In this document: piece after piece, positions 1 to 8,271 of the stretch
Layout of the letters: every line of letters begins with the position of its first letter
Numbering within the stretch: position 1 is the first letter of the stretch
NCBI GenBank assembly: GCA_965205485.1
Contig: OZ242180.1
Span: forward strand, 1,920,001 to 1,984,000
Length of the DNA: 64,000 bases
Direction of reading: 5' to 3'
From: Candidatus Latescibacterota bacterium
GTDB lineage: Bacteria > Latescibacterota > UBA2968 > GCA-2709665
The notes under the pieces: model-generated
Told to the model about the DNA's origin: nothing
The model's database searches: none
The model's input: only the letters and a program-made list of their open reading frames with translations
Position numbers and translations under genes: made by a program

Positions 1-1
1 T

Positions 2-94
2 AACCAGGGCAGGGGCGTTGCAAGCGGCGTTTACATCGCCAAGGTCGACGCCGGAACCACCACGCTGTCCCAGAAGATGCTGCTGCTCAAGTAA
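2..94 (+). CDS. 3' end of a secreted protein with FlgD-Ig/T9SS-type C-terminal sorting domain (partial)
   Basis: Manual translation NQGRGVASGVYIAKVDAGTTTLSQKMLLLK*, matching the typical SGVY...KMLLLK tail. Confidence 0.8.
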   Translation, partial: NQGRGVASGVYIAKVDAGTTTLSQKMLLLK

Positions 95-122
95 TCGCAG
101 CCGCGCAGATGGAAAATCAAAG

Positions 123-156
123 GACCGCCGAACCTCGCGTTCGGCGGTCTTTTTTT
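123..156 (+). terminator. Rho-independent terminator
   Basis: GACCGCCGAAC-ctcgc-GTTCGGCGGTC perfect 11-bp stem followed by T7. Confidence 0.9.
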
Positions 157-167
157 AATTCTCAAAG

Positions 168-900
168 GCAGCTATCAGCGGTCAGTCATCAGCTATCAGC
201 TAAAAGCGAGAGACAAAGTCAAAAGCAAACATTCCTCCCCACCCCGCAGACCTTTCTTCCCGGCCCTCTCAGGAAAAGCTGTCAGCGATCAGCCATCAGC
301 TAAAAGCGAAGGGCAAAGTCAAGAGCAGATCCGCCTCCCAGCCCCGCAGACCTCTCTCCCCGGCCCTCTCTCCTACCAGGAGAGAGGGGGACAAGGCGGG
401 TTTCGCTCTATCAATGCATTTCACGACTGGCGACCGGGGGTATGGGGGGTTTTTCCGTGCTGATCCGTCCAGCGCATTTGCCCTGGAACCGCTGGCAGGC
501 CACACAGAAGATAAAATCATCGCACTCGTTTGTGAAACACCCCGTGGGTTTGCTTCGCAAGCTGTCGCGACCGGGGGTATCCCATTTGCCCTGGAACCGC
601 TGAAGAGTTGGCAGGCCACGCAAGTCCCGTTTACGCCTCTGGAGTGATTCACGGAAAAACCGGCCCCCCGCCGAGGGGCGCGCTTCTTTTTGGTCCTTTT
701 TCTTCCGCGCATAAGAAAAAGGACGTAAAAGAAAGAAAACAAAGGATTTATGAGAAATAGATCTGACATGCAAATGACTTACATGCTGTTTGCCTTTTCA
801 TATGAAATCATGCATTCGGCATACTCCCAAAAAGCTGCGTGGAGATAAGATGTTGGTGGGGAGAGATCCCCTGCCTTGCGAGGTTTCTTATCGCGCCGGC
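168..900 (+). repeat. Composite dispersed repeat, copy A
   Basis: TCAGCNA heptamer run, CCCCGGCCCTCTC module, core GGTTTTTCCGTG(448-459)...CACGGAAAAACC(650-661), GTCCTTTTTCTT/AAGAAAAAGGAC hairpin, AT-rich tail; outer ends approximate. Confidence 0.9.
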
Positions 901-1031
901 GACTTTGACACTTAGCCCCTTGATTTGTATTACACGATATAGTACTTTTACAGGTGTTGATCCAGCGGCGCCCGATGCCGGGTAGCCTGCGGAGGAACGT
1001 GAATAAGAAAAGCGTTTGAGGGGGAACACAA

Positions 1032-1226
1032 GTGGGTACGGTGACAGACGACAACGACAACAGAGATTGGGGCAGTGAGCAGGTGGCAAAGCTGCAAGGC
1101 CTTTCGGAACAGATGGATAAGCGGATTGAATTCATGGAAAAACTGTACGTCAGCATAGACCGCGAACTTTGGGCTGTGATAATGCTCGGAGTAGGGGCAA
1201 TCCTGGTACCAATTTTCATCAGGTGA
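1032..1226 (+). CDS. Small hypothetical protein, coiled region plus C-terminal TM helix
   Basis: 64-aa ORF with hydrophobic C-terminus LWAVIMLGVGAILVPIFI; start uncertain. Confidence 0.45.
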   Translation: MGTVTDDNDNRDWGSEQVAKLQGLSEQMDKRIEFMEKLYVSIDRELWAVIMLGVGAILVPIFIR

Positions 1227-1274
1227 CCGGATCTTCAATTTGTTTAAGACCCCCACGGAGAAAGGGCGGCAACC

Positions 1275-1823
1275 ATGGCCATTCCCAATCCAACGGTCAA
1301 GTTTACCTACGAAGACTACCTGAACACACCGGAAGACAGGCGGTACGAGCTTATAGACGGAGACCTGTTTATGACGCCCGCGCCTGGGGAACTTCACCAG
1401 CGAGTTTCCATTCTGCTGGGATCGAAACTGTTTCAGTTCGCATCCGAGAACAGGCTGGGGCGGGTCTATGTCGCTCCCTTCGACGTGGTGTTGTCGGACA
1501 TGGACGTGGTACAACCCGATCTGCTCTTTGTCTCTAACGAACGCAGCCGGATCATCACTCCCGAGAATGTGCAGGGCGCCCCGGATCTGGTCGTCGAAAT
1601 CCTTTCCCCGGCTACTGCCACACGAGACACGACATTCAAGCGCGTACTGTATGCGAGGCACGGCGTAAGAGAATACTGGATGGTAGACACACAGGAAGAA
1701 ACCATCACAGTGCTGCTGGCCGGCGATCGAGGATTGGAGATTGCGGAGGTCTATGGCGCAGGAGAGACGTTGACATCCGCTACCTTGGGCGGTTTCAAGT
1801 TGAATATCGACGATGTTTTTTAG
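1275..1823 (+). CDS. Uma2 family (DUF820) putative endonuclease
   Basis: TYEDY...RYELIDG, VVQPDL, APDLVVEILSP, YARHGVREYWMVD motifs. Confidence 0.93.
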   Translation: MAIPNPTVKFTYEDYLNTPEDRRYELIDGDLFMTPAPGELHQRVSILLGSKLFQFASENRLGRVYVAPFDVVLSDMDVVQPDLLFVSNERSRIITPENVQGAPDLVVEILSPATATRDTTFKRVLYARHGVREYWMVDTQEETITVLLAGDRGLEIAEVYGAGETLTSATLGGFKLNIDDVF

Positions 1824-2103
1824 TCCAAATTCAAGATAAACTGCAACCTACCGGCGGTCCCGCCTTCCTGGCAGGAAGAGGTTCATGAGGTAGGTCGCAC
1901 ACCACCGGTCTCCTGTCTTGCTTCTACACGTAAATGGCCGCATTTGGGGGGTTGACGATTCACAATGGTATGGATATATTGTATGGAGCCCCAGGACGGT
2001 GCCGGTTTTCGAGACGGGCTCGTTTTTCCGAATCGGGCATCGTGAATCAGGCCGCCCGAGGCTGTATTGATATCCTCGCGCACACAATAAGAAAATTCAC
2101 TGG

Positions 2104-2643
2104 ATGGACGACAGGAAATCTGTTTGGAGCGTTACGGATCGGGGCATATTTTCTTTCCTGTTCGTTTTATTCTTCATCAGTGGCGTTTTCCTGCGGTTTG
2201 CAGGATCTTATGAAATTCAATGGAATTTTTCAATTGTTGCGGACGTGGGGGCGATCGGGCTCTTCGCTGTGACAGCTTCATTCTTCTTAGAAGTTGTTTT
2301 AAAATTGCCGGTGAGTTCCCGAGCGCGAGCGAAAAAGCGGCGGTCAAGGCGGGAAAATCCGCCCATATTTGTCTATACGGGTGGAATTGACCAACGCCGA
2401 CCGGCGCTTTTGCAGCCGCGCGAAGACCGCTGGGAATTTTAAGACAGCTTCTTTTGGGAGGTGAAAGACGTTATGCTGGGCGTACACGAGGCTGTTAAAC
2501 AGTGGAATCTCAAGCGGGGACTTGAAAGGGGAAGAAGAGAACGTGACGAGTTGATAAGGAAGTGGCTATCGGAGGAGAGGGCGAAGGGCAGCGAGGGGTT
2601 CAGGGAAGATCCGCCGTTCCTCAACAACGGATCCGAAGATTGA
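2104..2643 (+). pseudogene. Two-TM hypothetical membrane protein interrupted by a MITE
   Basis: ORFs 2104-2442 and 2461-2643 share a frame; removing 165 bp gives a continuous 124-aa ORF. Confidence 0.7.
2290..2451. mobile_element. MITE-like element, about 162 bp
   Basis: AGAAGTTGTTTTAAAATT (2289-2306) vs AATTTTAAGACAGCTTCT (2435-2452), 16/18 inverted match; flanks TTA/TTT; internal imperfect palindrome. Confidence 0.75.
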
Positions 2644-3061
2644 CGAAAGCAACCCGTTACTGGAAGCAGAAAACCGGGGCTATCGGCGCGCCGGTTTTTT
2701 TATGCAGAACAGATATCTCCCCCGGCCCCGCAGACCTTTCTCCCCGGCCCTCTCAGAAAGAGCTGTCAGCGATCAGCCGTCAGCCATCAGCAAAAAACGA
2801 AGGGCAAAACCAGTAGCCACCGTTCCCCCTTCCCGTGGGAAGGGGGCTAGGGGGTAGGTCTCGCCCTATCAATGCATTTCACAGCTGGCGACCGGGGGTA
2901 TGGGGGGTTTTTCCGTGCTTTTCCGTCCATCGCATATGTATTGGTACTGCTGAAGTGTTGGCAGGCCACGCGAGTCCCGTTTATGCTTCCGGAGTGATTC
3001 ACGGAAAAACCGGCCCCCTGCCGAAGGGCGCCCTTCTTTTTGGTCCTTTTTCTTCGGCGCA

Positions 3062-4361
3062 TGTATAGACCGGGCAGATAGGTAACACATGTTCGGGCAC
3101 ATGGGTGACAGTTGAAAGTGTTATTGTAGACCTGTAGAAAGGAGGTCTACAATGCCTTGGCCCGAGGTGTCCGCAGTGTCTGCTCGATCAGAGTTCGTTG
3201 ATTTCGCCCATCGTGAAGGCGCCAATGTCAGCAGGTTGTGTGAACGGTATGGCATCAGCCGCAAGACGGGATACAAGTGGCTGTCCCGCTATAAACAGGA
3301 CGCGTGTTGTGACTTCGAGGACCGCAGCAGGTGTCCTGGAACGATTCCGCACCGCACGTCGAAAGCGGTCGAAGATAAAATCATCGCACTGCGAGATAAA
3401 CACCCGGCGTGGGGTGCTCGCAAGCTGTCGCGACGGTTGAAGGATCTGGGAGAACGGGAGGTGCCGGCGTTAAGCACCATTACACAGATCCTGCGTCGCC
3501 GCGGCCGGCTATCTCCGGAACCGTGTCCAGAGCGTCAACCGTGGCAGCGCTTTGAGCATCCCGTACCGAATGCGCTGTGGCAGATGGACTTCAAGGGGCA
3601 CTTCCCGTTGCGGCGCGGGGCCTGCCATCCGCTGACGGTGCTGGATGACCACTCGCGGTTCTCCGTGGGGTTGGTGGCCTGCCCCAATCAGAGAGGCGAC
3701 ACGGTTCAACCCGCCCTCACACAGATCTTCAGGACCTATGGGCTGCCCGACAAGATCCTGAGCGACAATGGCGCGCCGTGGTGGGGTACAAAAGGCGGTA
3801 CCGTCTCGCGTATCTCGATCTGGCTGATCCGCCTGGGCATCCGCCTGACACGCTGTCGTCCGTATCACCCGCAGACCCAGGGCAAGGAGGAACGCTTTCA
3901 CCGCACGTTGAACGCGGAGGTGATCGCCTATCGCGCCTGGTCCACGTTGCCCCAGTGCCAGGACGCGTTCGACCACTGGCGCGACGTCTACAACTTCGAG
4001 CGTCCCCACGAAGCGCTGGACCTCGAGGTGCCCTCCACCCGCTATGAACCCTCTCACCGTGCGTTCCCTGATGCGTTGCCGCCGATCGAATACGGCCCTG
4101 GCGACCACGTGCGGAAGGTGGGCGCGAACGGCTACTTCCGCTATCAAGGACACAGCCTTCGTGTCAGCAACGCCCTGAGGGGCCTGCACGTAGCGGTACG
4201 GCCTACAACCAAAGATGGATGCGTCGACGTCTTCTTCTGTAACCACCGCGTCGGTGCGTTCGACCTTCGGGAATATGATGACACATAAATTGCTGCACAA
4301 CACATCAAAAAGTGTTACCTATGTACCCGAACACCTGTTACCCATGTACCCGGTCCGTACA
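3062..4361 (+). mobile_element. IS481-family insertion sequence, 1300 bp
   Basis: TGT...ACA ends, about 51-bp imperfect terminal IRs, 6-bp target duplication GGCGCA at 3056-3061 and 4362-4367. Confidence 0.95.
3152..4288 (+). CDS. IS481 family DDE transposase
   Basis: N-terminal HTH (GISRKTGYKWLSRY), LWQMDFKG, LSDNG, HPQTQGKEERFHRTL, YNFERPHEAL. Confidence 0.96.
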   Translation: MPWPEVSAVSARSEFVDFAHREGANVSRLCERYGISRKTGYKWLSRYKQDACCDFEDRSRCPGTIPHRTSKAVEDKIIALRDKHPAWGARKLSRRLKDLGEREVPALSTITQILRRRGRLSPEPCPERQPWQRFEHPVPNALWQMDFKGHFPLRRGACHPLTVLDDHSRFSVGLVACPNQRGDTVQPALTQIFRTYGLPDKILSDNGAPWWGTKGGTVSRISIWLIRLGIRLTRCRPYHPQTQGKEERFHRTLNAEVIAYRAWSTLPQCQDAFDHWRDVYNFERPHEALDLEVPSTRYEPSHRAFPDALPPIEYGPGDHVRKVGANGYFRYQGHSLRVSNALRGLHVAVRPTTKDGCVDVFFCNHRVGAFDLREYDDT

Positions 4362-4694
4362 GGCGCATAAGAAAAAGGACGTAAAAGAAGAAAAAAAAAG
4401 GATTTATAAGAAAGAGATCCGGCATGCAAATGGCATATGTGTAGTCTGCCTTTCTATAAAGAATCATGCTATTCGGAAGAACAAATCGGCACGGATTTCT
4501 TCTCCCGTCTTGCGTCCACCGCCTGCCCGATTCTCCGGAACGAACTCATCCCATATTCGTTAAAGAGATTGGCGGGTAAATGTCGTCCCCGCTTTTTCTA
4601 AAGGGAAAGACACCGAGGATCCCGGGTCCCCCCTTCCTTCAGGAAGGGGGTCAGGGGGTAGGTCCTTGGGAGAAAGGGTAAACAGGAGAACCAT

Positions 4695-5520
4695 ATGAAA
4701 AAAGATCACATTTCTTACCGCAGTTCTGCCGCTCCTGATCGCATCCCACGCGTTCGCGGGCGCCTGGACCCAGAAGAAGGGCGGCTATTATCTCAAGCTG
4801 TCGGGCGGATATCTGAATACCACGCAGGATATCAACGCCGAGGGCGATAAGGTTCGGAAGGACGGCGAGGGCAGATTGCGGGACGTAAACTGCACGGCCT
4901 ATCTGGAGTACGGGATCCAGGATGAGCTCACCCTGGTGGCCACGGCCCCTTACAAGAGCATGAAGGATACCCGAACGTTCCAGACGGGGACCGCCCTGGA
5001 GAGGCGGTGGGGGTTCGGCGACGTGGAGGTCCGGATGCGCCGGCTGCTCTGGAACAGGGATTTCGTGGCATCCGTGGCCGCGGGCGGGAAGATCCCCACC
5101 TGGTACGAAGACGACGAGAGCACGCGGGTGCCGTTGAGCTCGAAGAAGATCGACGGCGACGCGCGGCTTCTCCTCGGAAAGTCCCTCTACCCGCTGCCCG
5201 GGTACGTCACGGGTGAAGTGGGCTACCGGCTGCGCGGGGGAACGTTCAGCAACGAATGGTTCTACACCCTGGAGGCCGGTCTCACCTACGATCGGATTCT
5301 CATCAAGGGATTCATTTCAGGCATCCGGACGTTCGGCAACTGCGAGCCGGGGGATGAAGTGGACCTCATCGGCGATCAGAACATCCTGAAGATTGCCCCG
5401 GGGATCATCTATAAGCTGAATTCGAGGGTGGAGCTGAGTCTGGACCTGATCCACATCGCGTCAGGATGCAACACCACCGCCGGCAATACCTTCTTCGTGG
5501 GCGTGGCCCTCAAGCGGTAG
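4695..5520 (+). CDS. Secreted/outer-membrane beta-barrel-like hypothetical protein (one extra A after the ATG)
   Basis: AGGAG RBS; ATG followed by A6; frame from 4699 reads KKITFLTAVLPLLIASHAFAGAWTQKKGG and continues into ORF 4876-5520. Confidence 0.7.
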
Positions 5521-5627
5521 TCGCTTTTTTCAGTCAATCACAACCCGGAATTGTGCATTCAATCGCACGTGTCTACGATCGGCTTCGTTCATTGAACGAC
5601 CTCAATACCCCGGTATCGCACCGTTAC

Positions 5628-5999
5628 CTTCTGTGCCTTTTGTGCTTTTTGTGGTAAATTGACTGTTGTCTTTCTTTCGAATTAAGTCTGGCAGCGTCAA
5701 CTATTTAACGCTCCCCGTAACAATCCTTCTGTGCATTATGTGCTTCTTTCAGCCATTGATCCACCAAGAGCAATAGCCACAAAAGGCACAAAAACACAAA
5801 ATGGGAGAGGTTTTATTCTGTGACCGACTAAGTTGGGGTAACGAACAACGCCCAGATTCCGCCCCGACGGTTGGCGTTTCTTCGCACTGGTTGGCTTTGG
5901 GTTCTTCTGTGCCTTTTGTGCTTTTTGTGGTAAATTAACGGTTGTTTTCTTTCGAATTAAGTCTGGCAGCGTCGACTATTTAACGCTCCCCGTAATAAT
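5628..5999 (+). repeat. About 96-bp direct repeat (5628-5724, 5904-5999) with an inverted CACAAAAGGCACAAAA unit between
   Basis: Both copies read CTTCTGTGCCTTTTGTGCTTTTTGTGGTAAATT...TTCGAATTAAGTCTGGCAGCGTCRACTATTTAACGCTCCCCGTAA. Confidence 0.9.
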
Positions 6000-6020
6000 A
6001 ACGGGAGGAGGATTTGATCG

Positions 6021-7082
6021 ATGGCGAATATCGTGATTCCAAAGGGATGGGAGATGCCGGAAAGCGAGGCCACGTCGGAAGACGTGTACGTGAACCGGCG
6101 GAAGTTCCTGAAGACGGCCGGCGCGGTTGGCGCGGCGGGCGTACTGGCCGGGTGCGGCAGCGAGCGGGTATTCGAACCGTTCGAACCGGAACCTGGGACG
6201 ACCGACGAGGATAAGGACAAGGAAGAAGAGGAAGAGAAGGAAGAGGAGGAGGAGGAAGAAGAGGAGGAAGAGGAGGAAGAAGAAGAGATCAAGCCGGCGT
6301 ACCCGGCACAGACGAATCCGAAGTTCTCGGAGCTGGACCGCAACCTGACGAATGAGTCGATTGCCGGCGGATACAACAACTACTACGAGTTCACCCGCGG
6401 GAAGACCGGCGTCCTGGAGAAGGCGGAGAAGTTCGTGATCAATCCGTGGACGCTGGAGGTCAAGGGGTTGGTCAGCAATCCGCTCACGCTGGACTACGAC
6501 GCGCTGCACCGCAGGTTCCCGCTGGAAGAGCGGCTCTACCGGCTGCGCTGCGTGGAGGCGTGGTCCATGGCCATTCCCTGGACGGGATTCCCGATGAAGG
6601 CGCTGATCGACGCCGTGGAGCCGCAGGCGGGCGTCACCCACGTCAAGTTCAACACGTTCATCAATCCCGACCAGGCCCCCGGTCAGTTCGACCGCCCCCA
6701 GTGGCCATGGCCCTACCAGGAAGGGCTACGGATGGATGAGGCGATGAACGAGCTCACGTTCGTCGTCACGGGCATCTACGGCCACGAGCTTCCCAAACAG
6801 CACGGCGCCCCGGTCCGGCTCGTCATCCCCTGGAAATACGGGTTCAAGAGCGCGAAGTCGATCGTGTCCATCGAGTTCGTGGCTGAACAGCCGGCCACGT
6901 TCTGGAACGAACTCGTCCCCAGGGAGTATGGATTCCTGGCCAACGTGGAGCCGGATGTGCCGCATCCGCGCTGGTCGCAGAAAACGGAGCGGTTCATCAC
7001 CACCGACGTGTCGAAGCCGCTCGTGCGTCCCACGCTCCTGTACAACGGATACCAGGAATTCGTGCAGGATCTGTACGGTTGA
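6021..7082 (+). CDS. msrP: Protein-methionine-sulfoxide reductase catalytic subunit MsrP (molybdoenzyme)
   Basis: Tat motif NRRKFLK, YNNYYEF, RLRCVEAWSM, GAPVRLVIPWKYGFKSAKSIV, HPRWSQ. Confidence 0.95.
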   Translation: MANIVIPKGWEMPESEATSEDVYVNRRKFLKTAGAVGAAGVLAGCGSERVFEPFEPEPGTTDEDKDKEEEEEKEEEEEEEEEEEEEEEEIKPAYPAQTNPKFSELDRNLTNESIAGGYNNYYEFTRGKTGVLEKAEKFVINPWTLEVKGLVSNPLTLDYDALHRRFPLEERLYRLRCVEAWSMAIPWTGFPMKALIDAVEPQAGVTHVKFNTFINPDQAPGQFDRPQWPWPYQEGLRMDEAMNELTFVVTGIYGHELPKQHGAPVRLVIPWKYGFKSAKSIVSIEFVAEQPATFWNELVPREYGFLANVEPDVPHPRWSQKTERFITTDVSKPLVRPTLLYNGYQEFVQDLYG

Positions 7083-7109
7083 GGCGCGGGTCAGTCTGCG
7101 GAAAATGAT

Positions 7110-7868
7110 ATGATCATCGACGTCAACGCGTGGGTGGGGCACTGGCCGTTCCGGCAGTTGCGACACAATACGGTACCGGGCCTGCTGAGGCTGATGGACC
7201 GCAGCGGGATCGACAGGGCGGTGGTGGCGTCGGTTCACGGCGTGTTCTACAGGAACGCCCATTCGGCCAACGAGGAGCTGGCCGCACAGGTGCTGCGCCA
7301 TCGGGACCGGTTGATCCCGTTCGCCACGCTGAATCCGGCCTACGCGGGATGGGAGGAGGACCTGCGCCGGTGCGCCGAAGACCTGGAGCTGTGCGGAATT
7401 CGCCTGGTTCCGCAATACCACGGGTACGAGCCGGATTCCGAAGCGGCGCTGGATTTCCTGGATGCCGTTGCGGACCTGGGGTGGTCCGTTCAGGTGCCGA
7501 TGCGAATCGTGGACCGGCGACAACGGCATCCCTGGGACATGGCAGATGACCTGAAGCCGGCGACGTTTCGCCGGCTTTTTAATTTGCGGCCGCACGTCCG
7601 CTGGATGATCCTGAACGGCGCCGGCTTCACCGGGCGCATATTGCCCCCGGACGTCCGCTTCCTGGTGGACGTCTCCCGCCTCACCGCGGTATTGGAGCGC
7701 AGCATCCAGGGACTTACGCAGGCATGGGGCATCGAGCGCCTGGCCTTCGGCTCGGGCATGCCGTTCAACACCCCCGCGCCCGCATTGCTGAAACTTCAGG
7801 TCCTCGACGCGCCCGACGAGGTCAGGGAAGCCATCGCCTGGCGCAACGCCGACACCATGCTCCGCTGA
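7110..7868 (+). CDS. Amidohydrolase_2 family protein
   Basis: MIIDVNAWVG, MDRSGIDRAVV, RLAFGSGMPF, IAWRNA; some canonical metal ligands appear substituted. Confidence 0.8.
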   Translation: MIIDVNAWVGHWPFRQLRHNTVPGLLRLMDRSGIDRAVVASVHGVFYRNAHSANEELAAQVLRHRDRLIPFATLNPAYAGWEEDLRRCAEDLELCGIRLVPQYHGYEPDSEAALDFLDAVADLGWSVQVPMRIVDRRQRHPWDMADDLKPATFRRLFNLRPHVRWMILNGAGFTGRILPPDVRFLVDVSRLTAVLERSIQGLTQAWGIERLAFGSGMPFNTPAPALLKLQVLDAPDEVREAIAWRNADTMLR

Positions 7869-7945
7869 CCTCTCTCCCCGGCCCTCTCTCCTATCAGGAG
7901 AGAGGGAGAAAAGCAAAGAAAACGCAACATGATCTACCAAGATCT

Positions 7946-8101
7946 GGAGCGAGGGCATCCCTGCCCTCGTACTTCGTGCAGCCGACCAATTTGCACACAA
8001 GGAGCCTAACCTAATGCTTCCCTTCCATGCGAAAACACGTCTCGATATACGGCCCCGGGACCTCGCGAATCAGCCGTCGAGGGCAGGGATGCCCTCGCTC
8101 C
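7946..8101. repeat. REPIN-like element with perfect 24-bp inverted arms
   Basis: GGAGCGAGGGCATCCCTGCCCTCG (7946-7969) and its reverse complement (8078-8101). Confidence 0.9.
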
Positions 8102-8271
8102 CGGGGGCACTTACACCGGTCCTCTCAGAAAACCAGGGGAGACGTGAGACGTTAGACGGGAGGGAGTGCCTGCCTTGTGAGGTCTCTTCTGATGCCGGAG
8201 GCAAGTAAGGAATAAAATACGGGGCAAGGGAATGGGGACGTAATGGGTGTGGGGGAGGAATTAAAATATAC

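Larger units (their letters stand above)
2715..4530 (+). repeat. Composite dispersed repeat, copy B (split by IS481)
   Basis: Same modules as copy A; the hairpin GTCCTTTTTCTT...AAGAAAAAGGAC is split at 3061/4362. Confidence 0.9.

Noticed and set aside
296..769. Recurring minus-strand ORFs (RKRTKKK...RKNPPYPRSP) at 296-769, 2847-3062, 32067-32444, 43840-44055
   Set aside because: They are translations of the DNA repeat; differences are largely non-synonymous and frames/stops vary between copies
5957..6379. Poly-Ser ORF on the minus strand
   Set aside because: Shadow of the poly-Glu tract in msrP
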